From an uncultured Spirochaetaceae bacterium (GTDB lineage: Bacteria > Myxococcota_A > UBA9160 > UBA4427): 64,000 nt of DNA. The notes beneath the pieces are model-generated. The model was not told the DNA's origin and did no database searches. It was given only the letters and a program-made list of their open reading frames with translations. Shown here piece after piece: positions 27,300-36,957 of the stretch. The DNA lies in NCBI GenBank assembly GCA_964565565.1, contig CAZMFM010000011.1, positions 1,152-65,151 on the forward strand, written 5' to 3'. The position numbers and the translations under genes were made by a program. Within the stretch, counting starts at the first letter, position 1, and the number at the start of each line of letters is the position of its first letter.

Positions 27300-28787
27300 C
27301 TAGATCTCCGTGAGTGGCGCAAGCAGGGCGCGAAGCTTGAGGCGGGTCTCCGCGAGTTCGGCTTGAGGGTCGGAGGCTGCGACGATTCCGGCACCCGCGA
27401 ACAAGCGCGCGCTGGCGCCGCGAATCAAGGCCGACCGAAGCGCAACGCGAAATTCTCCGTCTCCCTTGGCGTCGAGATAGCCGATGGGGCCCGCATACCA
27501 GCCACGGTCCAGAAGCTCGAAGTGATCGAGCCAGTCCACTGCGACGGCGCTCGGTGCACCTCCGACGGCTGGTGTCGGATGCAGGCGGCCAACCAGGTCG
27601 AGAACACTTTTAGGCTCGGGCCGCCCGGGCCGCAGGCGTCCGTGCAGCGGCGATTCGAGGTGCTGGATGCCCTCCAATTTGAGTAGCCGGGGTTCGTTTG
27701 GCCCGTCAAGCCGGCCACAGGGTTCTGCCAAGGCGGCGCAGATCGCGCGTTTGACGACCTCGTGCTCTAGCCGTTCCTTGTCGCTCGAAAGCAATGCACG
27801 ACCGTATCGCTCTTCTTCTTCCGGGCGCCGGCCACGCGGTGCAGACCCGGCGATCGCCGCGGCCGACACTCGATCTCCATCAAGGGCAACGAGGCGCTCC
27901 GGGGAGGCGGAAACGAATAGATCGCCGCGCTCGTGAACGGCGACCAACGCACATGACGGGTAGAGGGTGCGTAGGCTCCGAAGGAACGTGGCCAAATCGA
28001 AGGGACGGTCCGCGTCGACCCGCACGGAGCGGGCGATGACCACCTTCTCGAACTTTCCGGCTTCGATCGCATCGAGTGCGCTTTCGACCTGCGCCACGTA
28101 CCGCCCGTGTTCGCGATCGGCGCGTACGCGGATTTCCGGACCCTCTGTCGAGCGCCTGGGCTTTGCGGCGATCGATTCCGGCGTGACCTTGGTGACCTTG
28201 GCAGACAGTCCCCGCGACACGGGCCATGGGGAACAGAGATCGTTGAGTATTGTGTTCGAGTCGCTTTCGGGATTCACCCGGATGGTTCGCGCCACATCGA
28301 GTTCGCCACTGCGCATCACGATCGAGAGCGCGGGTAGCACCATGCGCCCGGAACCAAATGCTTCCCACTCGCTACCCGGCTCGATCTCTCGGTCGGAGAA
28401 GCTAAAGCCGCCCATCAGGAGTGGTCCTCGGCAGTCTGCGACCGTCGTCGTCGCGCGGTGCGAGCCTGGTAGATCCAATACCACGAGGTCGCCGAAGAGT
28501 TCGCTACTCGCCGCCGAAGCTTCGGTAAAGCGTTTTGGGCCGTGGCTGGCCACGACGGTGCAGCGTCCCAATCCGAGAATCGCGATCCCCCGGCTGGGCT
28601 CTTCCCAGTAGAAGGCGTCCTCATCCGAGGCTTCGATGAAATCCGCCAGCAGATCCCGAGTGGAACATCGCCAACGCACCGCGAGCCATTTCGTTCGACC
28701 ACATCTCAGCGCGTCTGCCCGGCAGGCATCGATGGCCTCTCGAACCTGCTCGGAGGAGGCGCGAATGGTTTCGAACGAGATCTTCAA
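27300..28787 (-). CDS. menF: isochorismate synthase
   Basis: Chorismate-binding C-terminal pattern (LHPTPAVGG, GWYAGPIGY, ALRSA, AGAGIV). Confidence 0.85.
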   Translation of the reverse strand: MKISFETIRASSEQVREAIDACRADALRCGRTKWLAVRWRCSTRDLLADFIEASDEDAFYWEEPSRGIAILGLGRCTVVASHGPKRFTEASAASSELFGDLVVLDLPGSHRATTTVADCRGPLLMGGFSFSDREIEPGSEWEAFGSGRMVLPALSIVMRSGELDVARTIRVNPESDSNTILNDLCSPWPVSRGLSAKVTKVTPESIAAKPRRSTEGPEIRVRADREHGRYVAQVESALDAIEAGKFEKVVIARSVRVDADRPFDLATFLRSLRTLYPSCALVAVHERGDLFVSASPERLVALDGDRVSAAAIAGSAPRGRRPEEEERYGRALLSSDKERLEHEVVKRAICAALAEPCGRLDGPNEPRLLKLEGIQHLESPLHGRLRPGRPEPKSVLDLVGRLHPTPAVGGAPSAVAVDWLDHFELLDRGWYAGPIGYLDAKGDGEFRVALRSALIRGASARLFAGAGIVAASDPQAELAETRLKLRALLAPLTEI

Positions 28788-29482
28788 CCTTTTGCTCCAG
28801 TCAAGATCTGCGCTGCGCCGAGAAGCAGGCGCCGCTTCTCGAGTTGTCGCATCCCCACCTTGTCGAGCATCGAGAAGATCTCCACGGGCGACGGGAGATA
28901 GGCGGTGGATTCGGGCAGGTACCGGTAGGCCTCGTAGTCCGAAAGAAGTCCACCTAACGCGGGGACGAACCGATCGAAGTAGAGTGAGTGTGCGATGCGG
29001 ACGGGAGCCGAAGCGGGGCGATCAACTTCGATCACGGCCATCCGCCCGCCGGGTTTCAGAACCCGCGCAATCTCCGCAAAGACCTCCGGCAGAGAGACGA
29101 AGTTTCGAAGTGCGAAGCCGCACGTGACCACGTCGATGCTGGCATCGCGAATCGGCAGCCGGCCGGCATCCCCGTTCGTGAAAGCGGCGTCGATTCCCCG
29201 GGCCGAGGCGCCGCGGAGCATCTCCCGCGCGAAGTCGAGGCCAATCACTGTGGCCCCTCGCGCGCGCGCCAACTCGCACAGGTCTCCGGTCCCGCAGGCC
29301 AGATCCAGCAGCAAATCTCCCTGGCCGACCGCCACCCGATCGAGGGCTTGCCGACGCCAACCCTGGTCGAGTCCCAAGCTGACGAGTCGATTCAGCAGGT
29401 CGTACCGGGGTGCGATGCGATCGAACATGTTGCGAACGGCTATGCGTTTTTCATCTCCCTGCGGAAGGATTAGCGGCGCCAT
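28784..29482 (-). CDS. ubiE: demethylmenaquinone/ubiquinone C-methyltransferase
   Basis: UbiE/MenG pattern (VRNMFDRIAPRYDLLN, SAM motif LLDLACGTGD). Overlaps the menF start by 4 nt. Confidence 0.88.
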   Translation of the reverse strand: MAPLILPQGDEKRIAVRNMFDRIAPRYDLLNRLVSLGLDQGWRRQALDRVAVGQGDLLLDLACGTGDLCELARARGATVIGLDFAREMLRGASARGIDAAFTNGDAGRLPIRDASIDVVTCGFALRNFVSLPEVFAEIARVLKPGGRMAVIEVDRPASAPVRIAHSLYFDRFVPALGGLLSDYEAYRYLPESTAYLPSPVEIFSMLDKVGMRQLEKRRLLLGAAQILTGAKG

Positions 29483-30264
29483 TCGCCCTCCAGGTGAGTG
29501 GCCTCGACCGCGGCCAGGGCGCGTTCGAGGGCGGGCCCTTCGCCCTTGGCGCGCAGTCGTTCCATCGCTCGGTTGACCAGGGTGCGCTGAAAATGCATGG
29601 CCACGAGTCGGGTCAGCCGCGGAAGGAGGTCTCTGAACGCCTGGGCGATGACCTCGGGATCGTCGCCGTCTTTGGCCACTTTGCGGACGTGATCGTCAAA
29701 TAGATCGATCCCTGTTTCGCTAATGGCGCGAATGTTCTGGTCGTGGGTGGCGGCGAGGCTCAAGAATTCGGAGAGCGGGAGTCCTGCCCCGAGAACGGCC
29801 ATTCCACTCGTGAGCATTTCCAGGTCTGCGGAAGAAAAGAACTCTTCTCCGTCGCGTTCGACGGGCTCCAAGACCCCGGCTTGTTGGGCGGCGTCCACGA
29901 GATGGACGGGTACACCGGCTTCGGCCGCCAATTCGGAGCGCGTCAACCGATGCTCGCCGGTGCGCTCCTCGGCAAGAGCGCTTACGAGCGAATCGAGCAG
30001 GGCGTTGGGAGAGGGTGAGGCTTCCACGACTTGGTTCGGATTCGCAACCTCCTCGGGTGCCGGAAGCCGACCTATCTGGGCGAGCGTGAAGCCTTGGCCC
30101 AGGAGCGAACGAATCTGGCGGATTCGTGAAAGGTGGTGGGCGCCGTAGATGGCATTCCTGCCACGGCGAGCGGGTGCGGGGATCAACCCGCTGCCCTGGT
30201 AGAACCGGATCGTGTCGATCTTGACCCCACTCGCAGCGGCAAAGCGCTCGACATTATATTCCAT
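29470..30264 (-). CDS. MerR-family transcriptional regulator with two tandem MerR-type HTH segments
   Basis: First HTH FAAASGVKIDTIRFYQGSGLIP...IYGAHHLSRIRQIRSL. Second MerR-like segment LTRSELAAEAGVPVHLVDAAQQAGVLEPVERDGEEFFSSADLEML. Its 3-prime end overlaps the ubiE start by 13 nt. Confidence 0.75.
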   Translation of the reverse strand: MEYNVERFAAASGVKIDTIRFYQGSGLIPAPARRGRNAIYGAHHLSRIRQIRSLLGQGFTLAQIGRLPAPEEVANPNQVVEASPSPNALLDSLVSALAEERTGEHRLTRSELAAEAGVPVHLVDAAQQAGVLEPVERDGEEFFSSADLEMLTSGMAVLGAGLPLSEFLSLAATHDQNIRAISETGIDLFDDHVRKVAKDGDDPEVIAQAFRDLLPRLTRLVAMHFQRTLVNRAMERLRAKGEGPALERALAAVEATHLEGEWRR

Positions 30265-30270
30265 TCATTT

Positions 30271-30299
30271 ATTCTAAGAGTAATCACTCGTAATGTCTA
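30271..30299 (-). promoter_or_regulatory. candidate sigma70 promoter of the merR-men operon, implying a leaderless or near-leaderless mRNA
   Basis: Minus strand reads TAGACA, 17-nt spacer, TAGAAT. The -10 ends 6 nt before the merR ATG (30264). Lies in an AT-rich patch. The imperfect palindrome GAGTAATCACTC sits in the spacer. Confidence 0.4.
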
Positions 30300-30617
30300 G
30301 ATGAGGGATGCCAGACGTAAGGAATTTCGTCCTCCGTAGGCAATCAGGGATTAGACAAGGGAATTTTTCAACAGGCGATCGGCTTCGCGGATCGCCCTTG
30401 TCAGGGGAGTTGTGACCAATTCGCGTCGGTCGCGGATTCGGGGATCTCGGGTCCTAGCAGCACGAAGTGGAAGAACCCGTGCCGTCGCCGGGCTCGCGTC
30501 TCTTTGGCCCGCTTTTCTTTGCAGAAGCTTGCTGGGGCTTGCCCCAGCGGCGTTTCTGCACCTCGATTGAACCGGAAATCCACGACCCCTCTCGGTCCGG
30601 AGTCCTCCCGCACCTGG

Positions 30618-32762
30618 CTAGAGTTCGAACGCGGCCCGGAAGCCGTCGTGCATAGCACCTTCGAGATAGCCGGGGCCTCCGACGTCGCCAATTTCTCGAA
30701 TCGGCACGCCGGCCGCGCGAAGTGATTTCGTCACTTCGCCATTCGGCTCGAGCCCGGTCGCGATCAGGACCGTGTCGGCGGGGGCGCGAAGCGTTTCCGA
30801 CTCCGCCTCCGCCTCCGGCGAGACGACCCCATAGACGACTTCCTTTTCTTCGATCGCATGGACGGTTGCGCTTGCCACGAGTCGTGCCCGGCCCTCGCGA
30901 AGCTCGTGCAACACGCGCCAGCGACGTGGATGCGCCATCTCGAGTCCGAATTTCGGGCCGGCTTCGAGGACGGTGACCTGTCGGCCGCGCTCGAGGAGGA
31001 ATTCTGCGAGTTCGAGGCCGACCAATCCCCCGCCGAGAATCACGACCTTTGGCCCAATCGGCATGAATAGCTTCGAGGCCTGGCGCAGTTGGCTAGGAGA
31101 ACCCGTGATGCCGGTCGCCCGGCCTGCGCGAACGACGAGGCGTCCGGCCAGCGACAGCTTCTTCGTCGCCGAGGAGTCTCCTTGTCCCGTCAAGAGATCC
31201 CGCAAATCGTCGCCATCGAAGACGTGGTCCCGGTTGACGCCAGCAATCTCGGGCGTGCTTCGCCTGGCACCGGTCGCGACGAGAACCTGGTCTGGCGCAA
31301 TTTCACGAATCAGATCGGCCGTGACTTCGACGCCGAGTCGCAGGTCTACGCCGAGGGCGCGGACCTGACGCTCGAGCCAATCGAGGAGTCGCTCGTTGGG
31401 TTCGTAGACGAGGGCTGCGAAGCGCAACGTGCCGCCCAATTGATTCGATTTGTCGCAGACGATCACTTCGTGCCCGCGCAGGGCGGCGAGGCGTGCGGCT
31501 TCGAGTCCACTCGGTCCTGCACCCACGATCAGGACTCGCTTCGACTCGGCGGCGCGTTCACGTTCGGCCGAAGCGAGTGTCGCTTCGTGCCCCAGGATCG
31601 GATTGACGGCACAGCGCACCGCCCGGTCGAAGAAGGGCTGCGCAACGCAGGTATAACAATAGATGCAGGGGCGGATGTCCGCTGCGCGATTGGCTTCGAT
31701 CTTCTCGGGTAGCTCGGGATCGGCGAGCAGCTTTCGCGCCATCGCGACGACATCGATCTTTCCTTCGCGAATCAATCGGTCGCCCAGCCCCGGTTCGATT
31801 CGTCCCACCGCGAGTACGGGGACGTCGACGCAAGCCTTGATCGCGGCGGCAGCCTCGACGTAGCCGGCTTCTTTGTGGACCAGGGGCGCGTCGGTGAAGG
31901 CGACTCCGGACGTCGGATCGGCGTACGCGGAAACATGAATGGCCTCGGCACCGGCCTCGGCCGCGAGCTTCGCCGTTTTCTTGGCATCCTCGAGTGTGAT
32001 GCCACCGGGCGTTCGGAATTCCCGCCAATCGAGGCGAGGCCAAACTGGAAAATCCGGACCGACCCGGCTCTTGATTTCGCGAATCACTTCACAGAGCAAG
32101 CGGGCCCGGTTTTCAGGACTTCCGCCGTATTCGTCTTCGCGAAAATTCCAGGCGGGGGAGAGAAATTCCGAGAGCAGGTAGCCGTGTGCGCCGTGAATTT
32201 CGATGGCGTCGAAACCGGCCTGGCGGGCGCGGTCGGCGGCGCTGGCAAAGGATTCGATGATCCATGCGATATCCGAGCGGTCGGCCTCCTTGAAGCTTGG
32301 TTGCGGTCCGGCGACCGCCTTCATCAGCCAGCCAATTTCTTCGGCGGAGAGATCGTTGGTGAGGTCCATCGCGCCTGCGAAGCGCGGGACCGACGGGACG
32401 AGCAGTGGGCGGCCCGCTCGCATGTCGACACGGGAGACCTTGCCATGGTGAACGAGCTGGAGCGCGATCTTTGCGCCCTGCTGGTGGACTCGCTCTGTTA
32501 GTTCTCGTAAACCGGGGAGGTAGTCGTCGCTGGACAAGGCCAGTTGTCGAAGGGCGGTCGCGCCACGGGGATAGGCGACGGCGCAGACTTCGGTCACGAT
32601 CAATCCGATTCCACCCCGCGCGCGCTCTTCGTAGTAGGCGATGATCGGCTCTCCGGCATGGCCGTCTTCCTCGGCGATTTCCACACCCATCGCCGACATG
32701 GCCATGCGATTGCGCAAGCGCAAGCCGCCGAGATTGACCGATGATTTCAGGGCTTCGAACAT
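30618..32762 (-). CDS. 2,4-dienoyl-CoA reductase-like NADH:flavin oxidoreductase (OYE domain + FAD/NAD domain)
   Basis: OYE-like N-domain (LRLRNRMAMSAMG, HGAHGYLLSEFLSP), a Cys cluster (RPCIYCYTCV), and a C-terminal Rossmann motif VLIVGAGPSGLEAA. Start trimmed to MFEAL (32762), which has a GGAGGAG RBS. Confidence 0.85.
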   Translation of the reverse strand: MFEALKSSVNLGGLRLRNRMAMSAMGVEIAEEDGHAGEPIIAYYEERARGGIGLIVTEVCAVAYPRGATALRQLALSSDDYLPGLRELTERVHQQGAKIALQLVHHGKVSRVDMRAGRPLLVPSVPRFAGAMDLTNDLSAEEIGWLMKAVAGPQPSFKEADRSDIAWIIESFASAADRARQAGFDAIEIHGAHGYLLSEFLSPAWNFREDEYGGSPENRARLLCEVIREIKSRVGPDFPVWPRLDWREFRTPGGITLEDAKKTAKLAAEAGAEAIHVSAYADPTSGVAFTDAPLVHKEAGYVEAAAAIKACVDVPVLAVGRIEPGLGDRLIREGKIDVVAMARKLLADPELPEKIEANRAADIRPCIYCYTCVAQPFFDRAVRCAVNPILGHEATLASAERERAAESKRVLIVGAGPSGLEAARLAALRGHEVIVCDKSNQLGGTLRFAALVYEPNERLLDWLERQVRALGVDLRLGVEVTADLIREIAPDQVLVATGARRSTPEIAGVNRDHVFDGDDLRDLLTGQGDSSATKKLSLAGRLVVRAGRATGITGSPSQLRQASKLFMPIGPKVVILGGGLVGLELAEFLLERGRQVTVLEAGPKFGLEMAHPRRWRVLHELREGRARLVASATVHAIEEKEVVYGVVSPEAEAESETLRAPADTVLIATGLEPNGEVTKSLRAAGVPIREIGDVGGPGYLEGAMHDGFRAAFEL

Positions 32763-33054
32763 TCGGGACTCCTCCGGGCAGCGACGATACGTGATGTGGC
32801 GCCCGTCGTGGCGAGTTCCGACCCGCCGTCGCGATGCAGCCAGAATCCTGCAGTGAGGGCTGGGCGTGTCGGATCGAGGCGACACTTTTGTCACGGGACG
32901 GCGAGGAGGGCGGCCCTGGTGCGTCTCAGGTGTGTCTCGGCTGGTCTCGCCGCCGGCACGGGAGTTGCTTTATAGATTGGAGCCTGAATCGAGTTCGAAT
33001 GGACAGGCGGATCAGCGGGAACCAGAGAGCACGAAGAGTGGAGGCGCAAAGCGC

Positions 33055-33318
33055 ATGGAATGGAATGACGAATTCGATTTGAGGCAAGGGCCGAGTGAGG
33101 TGCGTGTACGTCGGGTGCCGAGCGGGGGGATTGCCGCGGTGCTGGCAGTCGTGGTTCCGGGACTGGGCCATGTCTATGCCGGTCGGCTGGTCGCGGGTGC
33201 CGTCTGGTTTCTGGCCACGGGCTTTGCCTATTGGGCGATTGTACTGCCCGGCTTTCTACTCCATGCCCTCAATATCTGGTCGGCCTACCGCGCGGCGGAG
33301 GAGGCCGGCGAGCGTTAG
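33055..33318 (+). CDS. small two-TM membrane protein (PGLGHxYxGR motif)
   Basis: ATG at 33055 is preceded by GGAGG. Two hydrophobic helices. The VPGLGHVYAGR motif is common in small membrane proteins. Confidence 0.5.
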   Translation: MEWNDEFDLRQGPSEVRVRRVPSGGIAAVLAVVVPGLGHVYAGRLVAGAVWFLATGFAYWAIVLPGFLLHALNIWSAYRAAEEAGER

Positions 33319-33451
33319 GAAAACCGGTGACTCGATACGAGAATATCCCATGATCTCGCGGGCTTAGCTGGCTTTTCGGGGTTGTCTGTCCCGACCAGCA
33401 TCCCTATACAACTCCGTTCGTGCGACGAGCTGGAAGCGAGGCGAGGTTGAG

Positions 33452-34522
33452 GTGGTGATTCAAGAGATCGATGACGTTCGGATCCAGAATATCCGACCGC
33501 TGATGGCGCCGGGCATCCTGATGGAGGATCTGCCGCTCAGCGAATTCCAGAACCAGACCGTTGCCGGGGCCCGCACGGAGATTGAGAAGATCCTCGTTGC
33601 GGAGGATGATCGACTCGTCTTGATCGTGGGCCCCTGTTCGATCCACGATCCGAAGGCTGCCCTCGAATACGCCGAGCGTCTGGCCCCGCTTCGCGAGCGC
33701 TTCCAGGACGATCTCTGCCTCGTGATGCGGGTCTATTTCGAGAAGCCGCGCACGACCGTCGGATGGAAGGGTTTGATCAACGATCCCCATCTCGATGGAA
33801 GCTTTTCGATTCGCGAAGGGCTCTATGCGGCGCGCCGTTTTCTTCGCGACGTGACGAGTCTCGGTCTGCCGACGGCAAGCGAATTCCTCGACCCGATCAC
33901 GCCCCAATTCTATGCCGACCTGATCAGCTGGGGTGCCATCGGCGCGCGAACAACGGAGAGCCAGGTCCATAGGGAACTCGCCTCGGGGCTGTCTATGCCG
34001 GTCGGCTTCAAGAACGGCACCTATGGCACGGTTCAGATGGCGATCGATGGAATCGGTGCTGCGGCCGGTGAACATCATTTCCTCTCGGTTACGAAACACG
34101 GCGTCGCCGGCATCGTCTCGACCAAGGGCAATCCCTATTGCCATGTCATCCTTCGAGGAGGATCGAGCGGTCCCAACTATGATCCGGATTCCATTCGTCG
34201 GGTCGAAGAACAACTCGACGCCGCGGGCCTGCCGAAGCGGATCATGGTGGATTGCAGTCACGCGAACAGTGGTAAGGACCACGAGAAGCAACCGGCTGTC
34301 GCGGAATCGCTCGCAAATCAGATTGCCGACGGAAACGGCGCGATCTTCGGGTTGATGATGGAGAGTTTCTTGAAGGATGGGAATCAGAAGCATTCCCAGT
34401 CCCAGGGTCGAGCCGGCCTCATCTACGGACAGAGCATCACGGACAAGTGCATGAGTTGGGAACGAACCGAGCCACTCTTCGAGATGCTCGCGGAGGCGGT
34501 TCGGAAGCGTCGCGGACGTTAG
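33452..34522 (+). CDS. aroG: class I 3-deoxy-7-phosphoheptulonate (DAHP) synthase
   Basis: LVLIVGPCSIHD, RVYFEKPRTTVGWKG, GARTTESQVHRE and KNGT motifs. The isozyme (F/G/H) is not distinguishable. Confidence 0.9.
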   Translation: MVIQEIDDVRIQNIRPLMAPGILMEDLPLSEFQNQTVAGARTEIEKILVAEDDRLVLIVGPCSIHDPKAALEYAERLAPLRERFQDDLCLVMRVYFEKPRTTVGWKGLINDPHLDGSFSIREGLYAARRFLRDVTSLGLPTASEFLDPITPQFYADLISWGAIGARTTESQVHRELASGLSMPVGFKNGTYGTVQMAIDGIGAAAGEHHFLSVTKHGVAGIVSTKGNPYCHVILRGGSSGPNYDPDSIRRVEEQLDAAGLPKRIMVDCSHANSGKDHEKQPAVAESLANQIADGNGAIFGLMMESFLKDGNQKHSQSQGRAGLIYGQSITDKCMSWERTEPLFEMLAEAVRKRRGR

Positions 34523-34638
34523 GCCGTCGATCGTTGCCCGTGGAGCTGACTCGAAGGTCTGGATCTGTCTCGGATGAATGAACGCCGGACGAACGTGTCT
34601 CGGCGTTGGTCTCGAACGAACTTTCTCAGCAAGGGAGC

Positions 34639-35442
34639 ATGACGATGGGCGAAGAGAAGACACTCGAATTCTGCACGGCCGAGGCGGATGGCCGGATCCT
34701 GACCGTGACGATCAATCGACCCAAGCGAATGAATGCGCTGCATTGGATGGCCAATAACGAGCTGGCCTCGGTCTTTGACGACTTTGCGGCAAATCCCGAT
34801 CTTTGGGTGGCGATCATTACCGGCGCTGGGGACCGAGCCTTTTCCGCCGGCAATGATCTGAAATACCAGGCACAGGAATCCGGCGGTGAATTGCATACCG
34901 GACCGGAGACCGGATTTGCCGGCTTGACTGCACGCTACGACTGCTCGAAGCCCGTGATCGCAGCGGTCAATGGCGTGGCGATGGGTGGCGGATTCGAGAT
35001 CGCCCTGGCCTGCGATTTGATCATCGCTTCGGACAACGCGCTCTTTGCGTTGCCCGAGCCAAGGGTCGGCCTGGCTGCACTCGCGGGTGGCCTCCATCGT
35101 CTGCCGCGACAGATTGGCCTGAAGCGCGCGATGGGCATGATGCTCACGGGACGGCGTGTCAGTGCGGAAGAGGGCGAGCGCCTGGGTTTCGTGAACGAAG
35201 TGACGACGCCCGAGGCGTTGATGGCCACGGCCCGCCGGTGGGCCGATCAGATCGTGGAATGTGCGCCGCTCTCGGTTCGCGCCACCAAGCAGGCGGCGCT
35301 CGCGGGCCTGCGCCACGGGCTGATCGAGGACGCCATGGCAGAGCGATATCCGGCTATCGGTGAACTCTTCAAGAGCGAAGATTTCATCGAGGGGCCGTTG
35401 GCCTTTGCCGAGAAGCGGCCTCCACAGTGGAAGGGGCGCTGA
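34639..35442 (+). CDS. enoyl-CoA hydratase/isomerase (crotonase) family protein
   Basis: ITGAGDRAFSAGNDLK and AAVNGVAMGGGFEIALACD. ATG at 34639 has an AGGGAG RBS. Confidence 0.85.
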   Translation: MTMGEEKTLEFCTAEADGRILTVTINRPKRMNALHWMANNELASVFDDFAANPDLWVAIITGAGDRAFSAGNDLKYQAQESGGELHTGPETGFAGLTARYDCSKPVIAAVNGVAMGGGFEIALACDLIIASDNALFALPEPRVGLAALAGGLHRLPRQIGLKRAMGMMLTGRRVSAEEGERLGFVNEVTTPEALMATARRWADQIVECAPLSVRATKQAALAGLRHGLIEDAMAERYPAIGELFKSEDFIEGPLAFAEKRPPQWKGR

Positions 35443-35571
35443 GCTCCGAACCGGCAGAAGCCACGTCAAGCATCTGAAATAGAATAGAAATATCAGATGT
35501 TGGCCAAGTGGAAATTAGTTGATCTATGCGCTTCGCGAGAATGTTTCGATTGGCTTCGTGAAATGACTGTG

Positions 35572-36771
35572 TTAGTCGGCCTCGAGAATCACGTCGCGAA
35601 GAATGGCGAGACCATGATCGATCTCTTTGGGTGAAATGATCAATGGCGGAGCCAGTCGTAGGACGTTGTCGCCCGCCGAGATCACAAGCAGTCCCCGCTC
35701 GCGACAGGCCTCGATGGTCTTCGCGGGGGTGTCCACGAGCGCAAGGCCTCGAAGCAATCCGCGGCCGCGTGTTTCCCTGATCTTGCCGGGGCCGACTTCC
35801 GTGGCGATTGATTCGAGCCCGTCGCGCAGTCGCTCGCCCATCGCCTTTGCGTGATCGAGTACGCCGCCTTCGAGGAGTTCATCGACGACTACACTCGCGA
35901 CCGCACATGCCAGCGGGTTCCCGCCAAACGTCGAGGCATGGGTACCGGGAACAAGCGCCTTGGAGAGCTCTCGCGTCGTGCACATTGCGCCGATTGGAAT
36001 TCCGCCGCCTAACGCCTTGGCCAGGGTCATCACGTCGGGTGTGACATTTTCCTGTTCATGGGCGAAAAGCGTCCCCGTTCGTCCCATCCCGACCTGCACC
36101 TCATCAAAGATCAGCAGACAGCCGTTCTCATCGGCGAGTTCACGTAGCCTCGCGAGGAAGCCGGGCTCCGGGGTCCGTAGTCCGCCTTCGCCCTGCATCG
36201 GTTCGATCAAGATGGCGGCGGTCTTTTTCGAGAGCAGCGCGCGCACAGCGGCCTCGTCGCACCACGGCGCGTGATGGATGCCGGGTACGAGGGGCTCGAA
36301 GCCCTTCCAATAGGCCGGCGTGCCGGTCGCGGAAACCGTGAAGAGTGTTCGGCCGTGAAAGGCGCCTTCGAAGGCAATGATCTCGAAGCGATCGTCGCCC
36401 CGGTCGCGATGGTGCTTGCGGGCCAGTTTGAGCGCAGCCTCATTCGCCTCGGCGCCGGAATTGCAGAAATAGATCGCCTCCGCGAAAGAGTGGGCGGTGA
36501 GCCGTTCCGCTAGAGCGACCTGCGGCTCCGTCGTGTACAGATTCGATACGTGCCAGAGCTTCGCGGCCTGGGCCTCGAGTGCGGCGCGGAGTTTGGGATT
36601 CGCATGGCCGAGTGCAGCGGTTGCGATCCCGCCCATGAAGTCGAGATAGCGCTTGTCTTCCGCGTCGTAGAGCCAACATCCTTCACCACGAACGAGCGCG
36701 ATCGGTTGTGGGGCGTAATTTCCGACGAGGACACTCGCGCCTCGTTCTGCGATTTCAGCGTTCGTGGTCAT
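35572..36771 (-). CDS. argD: acetylornithine/class-III aminotransferase
   Basis: FCNSGAEANEAALK, the DEVQVGMGRTG motif, and a PLP-Lys region (TLAKALGGG). Confidence 0.85.
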   Translation of the reverse strand: MTTNAEIAERGASVLVGNYAPQPIALVRGEGCWLYDAEDKRYLDFMGGIATAALGHANPKLRAALEAQAAKLWHVSNLYTTEPQVALAERLTAHSFAEAIYFCNSGAEANEAALKLARKHHRDRGDDRFEIIAFEGAFHGRTLFTVSATGTPAYWKGFEPLVPGIHHAPWCDEAAVRALLSKKTAAILIEPMQGEGGLRTPEPGFLARLRELADENGCLLIFDEVQVGMGRTGTLFAHEQENVTPDVMTLAKALGGGIPIGAMCTTRELSKALVPGTHASTFGGNPLACAVASVVVDELLEGGVLDHAKAMGERLRDGLESIATEVGPGKIRETRGRGLLRGLALVDTPAKTIEACRERGLLVISAGDNVLRLAPPLIISPKEIDHGLAILRDVILEAD

Positions 36772-36957
36772 GATGGCTGGCTTTCGGTGCGGGGGATCGA
36801 GGGTGCGGGCAGGGCGAACCCGGCGTCCGCCAGAAGAATGAACGCTCTACTATACGCACTCGGGATGCTGCGGTCGCGCGGACGTGAAGGCGAACGTGAC
36901 GGAGGGCGTGAAATGGAGGATGAAGATCGGCGCGAGGTGATGATTCCGGGCCGGCGG

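Noticed and set aside
30375-30397. Hairpin ggcgatc-N9-gatcgcc as a terminator of the fadH-like gene
   Set aside because: On the relevant minus strand it is followed by an A-rich tract rather than a U-rich one, and the stem is only 7 bp.
33404-34663. 419-aa minus-strand ORF
   Set aside because: It is antisense to the DAHP synthase gene, whose motifs are unambiguous. It is a shadow ORF.
35483-35511. AT-rich hairpin catctga-N15-tcagatg between the convergent crotonase and argD genes as a bidirectional terminator
   Set aside because: It has a 7-bp AT-rich stem with a 15-nt loop and no clear U-tracts. It is too weak to call.
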